Source: Felis catus (lineage: Eukaryota). Taken from it: a stretch of 64,000 nt of DNA. Location: positions 3,782,001 through 3,846,000 of the forward strand of contig NC_058382.1 in the NCBI RefSeq assembly GCF_018350175.1, read 5' to 3'. The notes below the pieces were generated by a model that searched no databases, was not told the origin of the DNA, and saw only the letters and a program-made list of their open reading frames with translations. How positions within the stretch are numbered: the first letter of the stretch is position 1; every line of letters begins with the position of its first letter. Positions 24,501 through 36,500 of the stretch are shown piece by piece. Made by a program: the position numbers and the translations under genes.

Positions 24501-27500
24501 TCAGCTACAGCTACTGCTACGTGGGAATCATGACAGGTGAGTGTGGCTGCGTACCCAGCCCTGCCTCCCTGCATCTCGTCACCACTGCCTGTCCCCATTC
24601 TCCACCCGGACTTTGGTGCCTGTTCTGTGATCCTGCCTCTGTTCCAACATCTGCTCCTTTTTTTTTTTTTTTTTAAATATTTATTTATTTTTGAGAGAGA
24701 GAGACTGAGTGCCAGTGGGAGAGGGGCAGAGAGAGAGGGAGGCACAGAATCTGAAGCAGGCTCCGGGCTCCGAGCTGTCAGCACAGAGCTCGAGGTGGGG
24801 CTCAAACTCACGAACTGGGAGATCATGACCTGAGCCAAAGTCAGATGCCATGCAGGTGCCCCAGCATGTGCTCCTCTTGAGGGCGAGCATCTCTGCCTGG
24901 GTCTACATCAGACTCTCCCGCTGGCCCTCCAGAGCAGAGACAGACTGTTCTTGGCCTCAGTGGTTCCTTGTGGCTTCTTGGGAGCAATCAGGAGACAAAG
25001 GAGCAAGGTCTATGCAACCCTGATGTTTCTATCACCCAAGGAACAAATACATTCACATTATGCTCCCATTTTTAGCGTCCGAAAATATTTTCCATTAATG
25101 TTGACGTCCTAGGAGGTTTTCTGTCTTTTTTTCCTAAGATTTTTTTTAAGTTTATTTATTTATTTTGAGAGAAAAAGAGCACAAGCAGAGGAAAGGCAGA
25201 GAGAGAGAGAGAAAGAATCCCAAGTAGTCAGCGCAGAGCCTGATGCGGGGCTCAAACTCACAAAGTGAGATTGTGACCTGAGCTGAAATGAAGAGTCGGA
25301 CGCTCAACCGACTGAGCCACCCGGGTGCCCCTAAGAGGTTTTCTTTTTTATGACAGCTTTATGGAACCGTAACTGATATGTTCACCCACTTAAAGCTACA
25401 TGCAGCTCAGTAGTTGTTAGCATAGTTACTGACTTGTGCGGCCATCACCACCATGTCATTGTAGACATTGCATCGTCCCAGAAGGAAACTCTGGACCCTG
25501 TAGCCATCGTCCCTCAAACCGCATCTGCCCCCAATCCCTGGGAACCACTGACTGACTCTCTGTCTCTATAGATATCCCGGTGCTGGTCATTTATGAATGG
25601 AATCCTACTCTCTTCTCTCTGTTCTTTGTGACACGTAAGGCTGTCACTTCCGTTAATCCGCACCTGCTCCCTCCCTGGGCCAGGCCGCCAGTTTATCTCC
25701 AGCGCTACCACTGTCTCCTGTTTTCCACCGGTGACCCTCTGCAGCCCCCGCCCTGCTCAGGGGCCAGGGTAAATGGCATCCCAGCACCTCTCTGTTGGAA
25801 GAGCCTACAGTGGTTTCCTGGCTCTTAGAACAAAACCCTGAGTCCTCCCTGCCTGCAACCCTCTGACCTTTTCTCAAACCACTCTGTTCCTCTCCAGTTG
25901 CACTGCCCTACTTCCTCCTTCATGCAGAGGTCACCCCCCCCCCCCCCGCCACCCCTCGGGTCCCGCCTATCTGCCCCTGTGTTTCTTGGGGACTTGTCTC
26001 CATACCCCCCACTCTCCAGCTCTTTGTTCCTCGCTACTTAGCGGTCTGTCCTTTATCTTTTTCTCTGAGCCCTTGAACTCCCCCTCTCTGGTTTCTTTCT
26101 TTGCTTTCTTTCTTTCTTTTATTTTTAATGTTTATTTATTTTTGAGAAAGAGAGCGCAAGCGGAGGAGGGGCAGAGGGAAAGGGAGACACAGAATCCAAA
26201 GCAGGCTCCAGGCTCTGAGCTGTCAGCACAGAGGGGCTTGAACTCACAAACTGTGGGATCGTGACCTGAGCCGAAGTCGAACACTTTAAGGACTGAACCA
26301 CCCAGGCGCCCCTACTTTATTTTTAAGTAATCTCTACACCCAAAGCCCCACGTGGGGCTTGAACCGCGACCCCCAAGATCAAGAGTCTAAGACTCGCTGG
26401 TTTCTTGTCCCTTTCTCTCAGAGTCTCCCTCCTCTTGTTCCCGGTTACCTAGCCCCACCCGCTCCCCCACTCCTCAGCGCCCAGTCTCAGCCCCCACCCC
26501 CCACCCCCCCCACCTCCAGACCAGTCTCTGACGGCTGCCCCTCCCTCCCGCCACAGGCCCGTTCTTCCGCTACCGCACGTACCTGGACTGGCTGGAGCAG
26601 CCCTTCCCGGGGGCCGTGCCCAGCCTGCGGCCCCTCCTGCGCCGAGCCTGGCCGGCCCCGCTCTTTGGCCTGCTCTTCCTGCTGTCCTCACACCTCTTCC
26701 CGCNNNNNNNNNNNNNNNNNNNNNNNNNNNNNNNNNNNNNNNNNNNNNNNNNNNNNNNNNNNNNNNNNNNNNNNNNNNNNNNNNNNNNNNNNNNNNNNNN
26801 NNNNNNNNNNNNNNNNNNNNNNNNNNNNNNNNNNNNNNNNNNNTTCGGGGCCTACCCCGTGGCCGCCAAAGCCCGGGCCGGGGGCGGCCCCACCCTCCAA
26901 TGCCCACCCCCCAGCAGGTCAGGCGGCGGGAGGGAGGCTTCCCAAGACCCGGCAGGCCCCGTCAGCACAGGCTGGCCCTGCCCCTAGCAGGGAGGAGAGC
27001 GGGGGAGCAGGGGGTGCAGCTTCGCCCCCTGCTGTCAGTGGAATGTCGCCCCTTGGCCACCACCGCCCACCTACCCCTGCCCTAGGGAGCAGTACTCTTC
27101 ATACCTGCCACTGCCCCCTGTTGCTAACGCTTGTCACCTCGTGGGATGGTGAATTGCTCTCTGTTGCTAGGAAAAGGTGGTATCTTAGCAACCATGTGCC
27201 TCCCCTCTGTTGCCATGGAAGTGTCACCCCGGTAACCCGGTTGTTCCTGGTTACTTGGGATACCATCTTTGGGCTGTGATGGGGCCCACCCTTTGTCGCT
27301 AGGGAGATGGTTACCTAGCAACTGGACTGCCCCTCTTTGTTAGGGGGGCGCTTCCCTAGCAACCAGGACCTGCCCCTTCCTGCTGCAAGACTCGCTTTTC
27401 ATTGCTATGTAAATGGCGCCCCCTAACCTGCCCTTGGTTACTAGACGCCAGCGCACAGGCCCCCCAACCATGTGATGTCCTCACGTAACAGCCTGCACTT

Positions 27501-30500
27501 TCTGAGGACATGGCGTCCCTGACCATGCTGTCCTCTGGCAGAGAGGACACCGCTCCCAGCAACCGCGGGTGGCTTTCCTACCACTGCTGAGGAAGTACCC
27601 CAGTAACTGTGGACTGACCTTGTTCCTAGTGCCACCCCCCCTCTTCGTTCTTGAATTGCTAGCCTGGAACTAGGGGCTATCTTGTTGCTAAGGAAGTGTT
27701 GCTCTCAGGTTGCTAGGGAAATGATGCTTCTAACCACTGGGACTGGACTCCACCTCCCCACCCCACCCCCCACTTCCCCCCTCCCCCATCCCCGGTGCCC
27801 AGCGACCATCGGTAGACCTCCGGTTACTAGTGAGGGCGTCCGCCAGAAAATGGCAAGCAGGAATTGAAGGCTTTTGTAATAGATGGCTCCCCTCCCATTC
27901 TCAGAAGCCACCTACCCTGGGGTGGGTGAAAGATGTTCGCCGCCACTGGGACTGTTGGCACCAGTGATCCAGGAGCCACTGTAGTGCTGGAGATGACACT
28001 TAACTGAATAATCATAAAGACCAGGAGGGGCCCTTTCTGGAAGTGTTTCTAAACATCCTAGGCCTTGTTCCTAAGGAATACCCTTTCCCTAGCAACAGAG
28101 ACCATCAGGTGTCACGTGGGCCTCAAACATCTCCCTAGCAATCATAGACCACCGCGTTGTTAGGGATGCTACTTCCCTAGCAACCACAGTGTCTTGACAA
28201 CTTAGGACCACACTGGGCGGCTGCTCTGAATACAGTGAGCTTGTTTGCCCTTCCCTAGCATCTGAGACCCCTGAAGGGTCAGGTTGCTGAGGACTCGTAG
28301 CTTAGCAACTGTAGCCCCTCAAGGCTTTTCGTTGCTGTTGTAGCCCTGGGACCAAGAGAAGGAGGACCCCTTGTCAGTGAACTGTTGTGCCCCCGCCCCC
28401 AGTCTTCGCCCGGGAAAAGGCTCCCTCTGGGCTACCCTCTCCGGTTGCCCTAGCAAATGTGACAGCCAGAGCTCTGGCCTGGCCGCGATCCCCTCCTTAG
28501 CATCCGGGGCTGGGACAGTAGCCAGCGTCGGGAGGGGGCCTGGCTGAGCTGCATGTCTGTCCCCCACCCTCATCCTCCACCCCCCCCAGTCCGGAGAAGG
28601 CGGCCTCCCTGGAGTACGACTATGAGACCATCCGCAACATCGACTGCTACGGCACTGACTTCTGCGTGCGGGTGCGGGATGGCATGCGGTACTGGAACAT
28701 GACGGTGCAGTGGTGGCTGGCGCAGTACGTCTACAAGAGCGCACCTGCTCGCTCCTATGTCCTAAGGTGAGCGCGCCTGCCCTGGGAAAACACGGAACTA
28801 CACCTCCCAGCAGTGCCTGGGGCTGCTTGCGGGCTCCCGGCCGGGCCTCCGCCCCAGAGGGTCATGGGAGTTGTAGTTTCTTGAGCCGGTTCCCAGCCCC
28901 TGATTTGCATTGCTCTGGGGTAAATCGTTCCCTTTCTCTGGGCCTCAGTTTCTACTTGTGTAAACTGAACATCTTCGGACAGAAGCAGTGTACTGAATCC
29001 TGTGGACTCTGGCCAGACTTTCTGGGATCCTGGCCCAGCCAGACACAGAGAAACCTTAAGTAGCTAGTTGACCTGTGTTTCCTCAACTCTTAAATGGGGG
29101 TGATGCTGTTAACTTACTTCAGAGATTGAGGAGAGGTTTAAGCGATGTGAACATACCTCACGTGAGGCCCGCCAGGTGAGTAGTCACCGTATAGTAGCTT
29201 TTATTCATTATTCATCCGATACTTCTTGAGTGGAAACTCGAGTGTGCCAGACATTGTTATGTTTACAACCTTAGGACGTAGAGCTTACTACCCTGGTTTC
29301 AAAAACAATTTTTTTAATGTTTATTTGTTTTGAGAGAGAGAGTGTGTGAGTAGGGGAGGGGCAGAGAGAGAGGAAGACACAGAATCCGAAGCAGGCTCCG
29401 GGCACCGAGCTGTCCGCACAGAGCCCAATGCAGGGCTCGAACTTGTGAGATGATGACCTGAGCCGGAGTCAGACACTTAACCGACTGAGCCACCCAGGCT
29501 CCCTGCCCTCATTTTAAAGATGAGGGAACTGAGGCTCAGAGAGGTTAGGTAACCTGCCGAGTGTCACTCCGCCTTCCCAGAGCCACCAGATGAGGTCAGG
29601 ACGCAGCTGCAGAGCTAGGAGCTAAACCTACCTGGGTGTCCGGACTGGGCACGGCCTGGATGTGGGGATGAGAACGTGAGGAAGTGAAGCGTGATGCCAG
29701 GTGATGGCTGTGAATGACTGACATGGGAAGACTGGGCAGGAGGAAGTTTCCGGAGTGGCTCGGGTGAGGGAGTGAAACTTGGGTGGAGTCCCACGGACTC
29801 CCAGGTGACTGTCAGGTTTCGGTTGGGGTTACTGGATAGGCGGTCAGTTACGGGACTCTGGCGCAGAAGGAGGAGACGGTGTGAGAAGCGGGCGCTCAGG
29901 TGCCTTCAGGTAGCGGTACCTAACACTCGGGCTGAGCAGCAGGTCAAAGCAGCGGGCGCTCCGGTGTTTCGGTTAGAGGTTCTCGGCTGGGGGCAACTGT
30001 GCCACACTCCCCGGGGGCATTCGGCAACGCCTAGGAGCCCTTTGTGCCATAACTGGGAGATGCTACTGGCAGCCAGTGGTTACAGGCCCCAGACGCTCTT
30101 CAACACCCTGCGCGGCACGGGACGGCCCCCGCTCCAGCACAGAATGATTTGGCCCCAAATGTCAGTAGTGCTGAGATTGAGAAACCCCGGTGTAGACGAG
30201 GGACGAGGAGGAGCCGGCCTAGATGGAGCCGATGAGCTAGGAGGACAGTCAGGAAAGCAGAGAGGGATCATTTGTGTCGGGTGATGTCAGGAGCTTCAGT
30301 ACAACAAAGGCTCGGGCTTGGTTGCGACGGGAGGGTGCGGGGGGAGTCTCCAGCAACCTTGACGGGAGCAGTTTGGAGAGTGGAAGTGAAAGCCAGCGGG
30401 AGTGGGTTCCAGGGAGGACGGAAGCGGGGAAAGGCTGAGGGGGAGCACGGACTGTTCTTGGGAGAGTGTGCAGGTGGGGAGAGCAGGTAGGGACCACAGC

Positions 30501-32639
30501 TCAGAGTTCAGGTGCCTGTGTGGAGTTCAAGGTGCCTGGTGGGCCGTTTATGTGCGTCCCTTCCACCCTGTTTCTCCCTGTCGGAGAACGTCTCTTGAAA
30601 TGCTCCCGACCCGGGAATTCTGTTTCCACCATTGGCAGAAAAGAAAGAACACGGTTTTGTTATTAAAGAGCTAGCATTGAGCCAGGCTGTGCACCACGTA
30701 ACCCGCTAACGGGATTACCAAAACGAAAAGAAAGCTCGCCTTGTCGGAGCCACCTGTCACCAGTCCCCTGCACAGCATGCTCCCGAGAGAAACGATAACC
30801 TGTCCTCAAGTAAGAGGAGCCATGACTGTTTGCGGTGATGCACGGTCTCCTGTTCTGCCCAAGTTCAGTTGGCAGTGGGGTAGCCACCTGTGCTGATCGT
30901 CTCTACCTGAAGGAGGAATGCAACTAGGTGTCCAGCAGGCGGTAGCGTGATGCCAGGTGCCTAGGATGAACCCCCACAGTGGCGGGGAGACAGGGGCTCC
31001 AACTCCCATGACATTTATAGTTCAAAGACTGGGTACCACCACCCTCCAGAAAAACATTCGTGGACTGTGTTTTCTTAAGGCTTATTTCCAAGCCTTTCCG
31101 AACGTTTCCATCTATATCTGAAGGACGGAGAAAAGTTTCTGAAGCACTATGTTTTTTTCGTGGAAGTGGCTGAAGAAGAGAGAGAGGGGAAAAGGTCTCC
31201 CTTTTGGGCAAGAGTGAAAATTCAGCCTTTTTACGGACTCTGTGCCTCCAAGGATGGGGGGCAGCATTATTGTGTCCTTAGGTTCAAGCACCCTGATGTG
31301 CCCCAGGGAAAGGCTGATGCCCACAGACAAGGAAGAACCCACATCTCCATTCCAGGCGGAGTCCTCTGTGGTGATTTCTGTGTCTCTGAGGAAGGAGGGA
31401 CCGGAGCCTGAATTTATAGCATTTTGGGGTCCAGAGAGAGAGGAGACCATGGCTAGAGATGACTGAGTCTTCATGAATCAGGAATTCCACTCTTAGATCC
31501 CCAAGACAAAGTGGCTAGGGGCTCAGGTTCATGGGTCTTGAGGGAAGCTGTGATAAGAGGGCATTAACTGGGTTCCTGAAAANNNNNNNNNNNNNNNNNN
31601 NNNNNNNNNNNNNNNNNNNNNNNNNNNNNNNNNNNNNNNNNNNNNNNNNNNNNNNNNNNNNNNNNNNNNNNNNNNNNNNNNNNNNNNNNNNNNNNNNNNN
31701 NNNNNNNNNNGGTCTGAAGGAGGAGGGGCTGGGGTTCTGGGCTCCTTGCTCTGAGGGAGGAGGGCCTGAGGAGTCAGGACTCCCGGGTCTCAGGGGTCTG
31801 TGCTCCTGGGTCTGAGGGAGGAAGGAGATGGGGGCCTGGACTCCTGGGTCTCACGGAGGTGGGGCTGGGGGTCTGGGCTTCTGGGTCTGGGGGAGGAGGG
31901 ACTGGGGGCCTGGACTCCTGGGTATGAGGGAGGAGGGGGCTGGGGAGGAGGGGGCTGGAGGCTGGGACTCCTGGGTCTGAGGGAGGAGGGGCGGGGGGGG
32001 GGGGTCAGGACTCCTGGTCTGAGGGAGGAGGGGCTGGGGTTCAGGACTCCTGGGTCTTAGGGAGGAAAGGCTGGGGTCTGGACTCCTGGATCTGAGGGAG
32101 GAGGGCCTGGGGAGTCAGGACTCTTGGGTCTCAGGGGTCTGTGGTCCTGGGTCTGAAGGAGGAAGGAGATGGGGGCCTGGACTCCTGGGTCTCACCGAGG
32201 CGGGGCTGGGGGTCTGGGCTCCAGGGTCCTGAATCCGAGCCCCTCCCCCAGGAGCGCCTGGACCATGTTGCTGAGCGCCTACTGGCACGGCCTCCACCCT
32301 GGCTACTACCTAAGCTTCCTGACCATCCCGCTGTGCCTGGCGGCGGAGGGCCGACTGGAGTCGGCCCTGCGGGGGCGGCTCAGTCCCGGGGGCCAGAAGG
32401 CCTGGGATTGGGTGCACTGGTTCCTGAAGATGCGCGCCTACGACTACATGTGTATGGGCTTCGTGCTGCTGTCCCTGGGAGACACCGTCCGGTACTGGGC
32501 CTCCGTCTACTTCTGCGTCCACATCCTGGCCTTGGCCGCCCTGCTGCTGGGGCTGGCTTTGGGCGGGGGCGGTCCGGGCCGGAGGAAGACCGCGCCCTCG
32601 GCCGCCAGCCTGGCCCCAGAAAAGCTCCGGGAGGAATAG
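21522..32639 (+). CDS. MBOAT7: Lysophosphatidylinositol acyltransferase 1 (LPIAT1); 7 coding exons, 472 aa
   Basis: Exons 21522-21597, 21700-21829, 22391-22517, 24377-24536, 26557-26917 (N gap 26704-26843 inside), 28590-28766, 32252-32639, total 1419 nt. Starts MSPEEWTYLVVLLISIPIGFLF, contains YWNMTVQWWL and SAYWHGLHPGYY (catalytic His), ends KLREE*. Confidence 0.98.
24657..29503 (-). mobile_element. Antisense Can-SINEs in MBOAT7 introns (24657-24865, 25138-25332, 26100-26312, 26316-26395, 29305-29503)
   Basis: Poly-T/TTTATTT start, GAGAGA body, ...GAGCCACCCAGG(C/T)GCCCC end. Confidence 0.9.
29970..30190. mobile_element. MER20 hAT MITE
   Basis: GCTACTGGCAGCCAGTGG...CCCAAATGTCAGTAGTGCTGAGATTGAGAAACCC. 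Confidence 0.8.
31530..32235 (+). repeat. MSR1-like 36-38 bp G-rich minisatellite array
   Basis: Repeated GGACTCCTGGGTCTGAGGGAGGAGGGGCTGGGG units; gap 31583-31710 inside. Confidence 0.85.
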
Positions 32640-33240
32640 GCTGCCGCGGCACCCTTTGCCAGTCGGCCCGCCCACCAAGCTTCTTGCTTGGGAATCCTGT
32701 GACCCCGGCCGCCGTCTCCTTTCCCAGAAAGATTGCTGGAGCGGCCAGGAACCTGGCGAGGATTCCCGTCTCCGCTCCGTACCCTGCGTCCGACGGAGCC
32801 GGGCTGCAGCTCTCGCTGCTTCCCCGCCCTCTGCCCTCTGCCCCGAGGGCTCAGGACAACCCTCGACCACCCAGGTGTCCCTGCCCCAGCTTCCGGAGAG
32901 AGCCGCACTCCCCGACCCTGCCAGCAGGGGCCGCCAGGCCCACGGCTTCTTGGGCACACGTCCTTTTCCTGGCACAGGGTGTGGGGTAGGAGCTCCGGGG
33001 CAGGTTCTGGGAGTGGGGAACGTCCTCCCTGGGGCTTTCGTCCCACTTGTACCAGGATTTCAGACCCGGAAGGGAACATAACCCTCCCGTTTCATAAGGG
33101 GGAAACTGAGGCACCGAGGAGCAGGCCTGCGGACATGGTTCTTGCAGCTTCCATCTGAGCCACCTCAGGGTCCCAGCGCACCTGTCACCCTCCTGTCATT
33201 CTCTGGCCTGAGACACGGTCAGAATGTGTGAGCCTCCGCC

Positions 33241-33246
33241 AATAAA
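33241..33246 (+). terminator. MBOAT7 polyadenylation signal
   Basis: AATAAA about 600 nt after the MBOAT7 stop, followed by GTGTTT. Confidence 0.8.
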
Positions 33247-33508
33247 GTGTTTCGCAAAGACCGTACGTGTGCCTGTGGGTGATCGACGGGCGTGGGGCTC
33301 CTGACGCCGCACTTTCAGGGACCACGCAGGCGTCCGTGGGCTTCTTCCCAGGACGTGTCCCAGCAGCCGCCCTGACACCGAAGTGCTTGCTGTCCTCCCA
33401 CCACCGCCACCTGGTGGCCAGGTGAGGACCTGCCCGGGGTCCCTTCCTTACCTGGGGCAGTCCCCGCCCAGCCGGCCGCTAGAGACGGAAACAGTCGCAC
33501 CTGGGGCC

Positions 33509-36500
33509 ATGGAAGCGGGCCCGACGTGGGAAACGGAGGCCTGGGGCTCCTCCGGAGGCTGGCCGGCACCCCGGGGGGCCAGAGCAGGTGGGGGGAGTGG
33601 GGGGGGGGCGTCCTGAGGGAGGCAAGGAATGGAGGCCTGGACTCCAGGGTCCAGAGGGCAGAAGGGGGGATGGTTTCGGTTCCTGGCTTTCTGGGTGGGG
33701 GAAGGGAACCAGGGCGTGGGACTCCTGCGTCCTGGGGAGGGGTCTGGAGGTCCAGATTCCAGTCTCGGGCGGGGGGGGGGGGGGTGAGGATTGCAAACTC
33801 CTGAATAAGAGAAAAGGAAGTTGAAGAATGGGCTCCTCAGCCCTGGGGGCCCACATTTGGGTGCTTGCAGAGGGGCCCTGGGTCCTGCACTCCCAGATCT
33901 GAGGGAGGAGAGGCTGGGGGGCCCAGACTCCAAGGCCTGGGGGAGGAGGNNNNNNNNNNNNNNNNNNNNNNNNNNNNNNNNNNNNNNNNNNNNNNNNNNN
34001 NNNNNNNNNNNNNNNNNNNNNNNNNNNNNNNNNNNNNNNNNNNNNNNNNNNNNNNNNNNNNNNNNNNNNNNNNNNNNNNNNNNNNNNNNNNNNNNNNNNN
34101 NNNNNNNNNNNNNNNNNNCACCCTCCCAGCCCCCGCTCCCCTGCCCCAGGCCCCTCGCTCTCCTCTGTGCTGAATGAGCTCCCCAGTGCCGCCACCCTTC
34201 GGTACCGAGGACCCGGGGTTCTCCCCTGGGGCGCATCGGGGGAGGAGGAAGAAGATGGAGAGAGCAACATCCAGGCCATGGCCGAAGCCGCCCAAAAGGA
34301 GCTGGGAGAACCCATCCCCTCCAGGGAACTCCCCTGGCCCATGCAGGCCCGCCGGACCCACAGGTGAAGCTCACCTCCCGCTTCCTACCCAGCTGTGGGC
34401 CGAGTCTAGGCGGTGTCCTCTGTCTCCCCCTGCCTGTGTCCCTGCTTCTCTGACTCCGGGGAGTCCTGCCTCCCCGACCCTGGGACTCCCTTCTCTAGCC
34501 TCCGGGCTCACGCTCTCTGTCTCCGCTCTCGCTCTTTCTCTCTGTGTGTTCCTCTCTGCTTGATGTGTGTCTCTGTGTCTGTCTCCTGCCTACTGAGGCG
34601 CTGTCCGGAGTACAGCCTTCCCAGGAAACCTTTCCTAAGCCCGCTTGGCGTAAAGCTCAGACCATGTGGCTCTTTCCTCAAAGCAAAGTGGGCGCTGGAA
34701 CTTTCGGAAGGCGCGAGAGCGTCGTGCATTCCTAGCCCCGAGCTGCACGACGTCAGAAGCAAGTGCCAGGGCCATCTGAGGACGGGCCCCGAGTCCTGAA
34801 ATTGTTCTCTGAACCCCTTCCTTTCGGGTGTTTATGGAGGTTCCCCTACACGGGCGGGCTTGATTAAATCTTGGGCCAAGGGCCATCGAACCCCGCCTCC
34901 AGCCCCGCTGCTCCCCCGGGAGGTCGGGGGTGGGGCTGCAGGTTCCAAGCCCCTCCCCCCTCCACACCTGCGGGTGGTTTCCCTGGCAAGCCCCCCCCCA
35001 CTCTTACCTGGAGTCCAAAAGTCACCTCGTTTCCGCTGCAGATGACACCAGGATCTCTTCACTTGGTCTCCCAAGGGTTTTTATTGCTCCGCGCCAGGAA
35101 CAGGGACAAACGCCAAACCAAACCTTCTTTCCTTTTCACTTTTCCTTTATGATACCTGCCTCCAGACAAGTGCAGGAGGCACCCTGCGCAGCCCGGGAGT
35201 ACTCCCACGGCGAGCGCCCGGGCAGGCTGCACCTGGGGCAGGAGACTCCGCCCTGGGGAGCACCCCCACGTGCCCCTGTCACCCCCCTCTCCCCACACAG
35301 GTCCTGTGTGATGATCTCCCAGACCTGTGTGACGATCACTTCCCTGCCTTCCACCCGGGGGCGCATCCCTAAAGAGCACGGTGTGAGCGTGCTTGTTCTG
35401 GAACTCCCAGTAGACCCCTGCACCCTCTGATTTCCGCCTGGCTTCTTATGTGTCTGCTCCTATCGCTGGAGAGCATCCCAGCCCGGTCCCACTGGCGGGG
35501 TGCTTCGCCGTTTGGGGGTGTCCACTCGGGGCTGCCAGGCCCTTCATTTTCTGTCTCTGAATCTGTTTCTGTACCAGGCAGAGCCATGCCAGGGACAAAG
35601 TGGCCCAGGGATCGGGTTCCAGGGTGGCCCAGTGGGCCCTGCGGCTTCGGCGGTCCAAGGAGAAGACCCAGGAACGCCTGCACACCTTGCAACCCTGGGC
35701 GTGGACGCTGAAAAGGATCGGGGGTGCGGCAGGGCTGAGGCTNNNNNNNNNNNNNNNNNNNNNNNNNNNNNNNNNNNNNNNNNNNNNNNNNNNNNNNNNN
35801 NNNNNNNNNNNNNNNNNNNNNNNNNNNNNNNNNNNNNNNNNNNNNNNNNNNNNNNNNNNNNNNNNNNNNNNNNNNNNNNNNNNNNNNNNNNNNNNNNNNN
35901 NNNNNNNNNNNNNNNNNNNNNNNNNNNNNNNNNNNNNNNNNNNNNNNNNNNTCTGAGGGGNNNNNNNNNNNNNNNNNNNNNNNNNNNNNNNNNNNNNNNN
36001 NNNNNNNNNNNNNNNNNNNNNNNNNNNNNNNNNNNNNNNNNNNNNNNNNNNNNNNNNNNNNNNNNNNNNNNNNNNNNNNNNNNNNNNNNNACTTCTGGGT
36101 CTGAGGAAGGAGGGGGCTAAGGGCCTGGACCCCTGGGTGTGGGGCAGGGGCTGGGGGCCAGGACTCCTGGGTCTCAGGGAGGAGGGGCTGGGGGCCAGGA
36201 CTCCTAGGTCTGAGGAAGGAGGTTCTGGGGGACCATGACTTCTGGGTCTGAGAGAGGAGGGGGCTGGGGGTCAGGACCCCTGGGTCTGAGGGAGGAGGGG
36301 CTGGGGAGCAGGACTCCCGGTTCTGAGGGAGGAGGGCCGGGACTCCAGACTCAGAAAGCAGCCCCCCGCCTTTGTGGCGCCCCCTGCAGGCCAGTTTGGC
36401 GCCGGCACCGAGTCCTACTTCTCGCTACTCCGCTTCCTGCTGCTTCTCAACGTGCTGGCGTCCGTGCTGAAGGCCTGCATGACACTGCTGCCCACCTGGC

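Noticed and set aside
31530-32235. Regularly spaced repeats resembling a CRISPR-like array
   Set aside because: Contiguous degenerate minisatellite units without unique spacers, in a mammalian intron.
32141-33079. 282, 221 and 190-aa ORFs overlapping the last MBOAT7 exon
   Set aside because: Alternative-frame and antisense shadows of a GC-rich exon and UTR.
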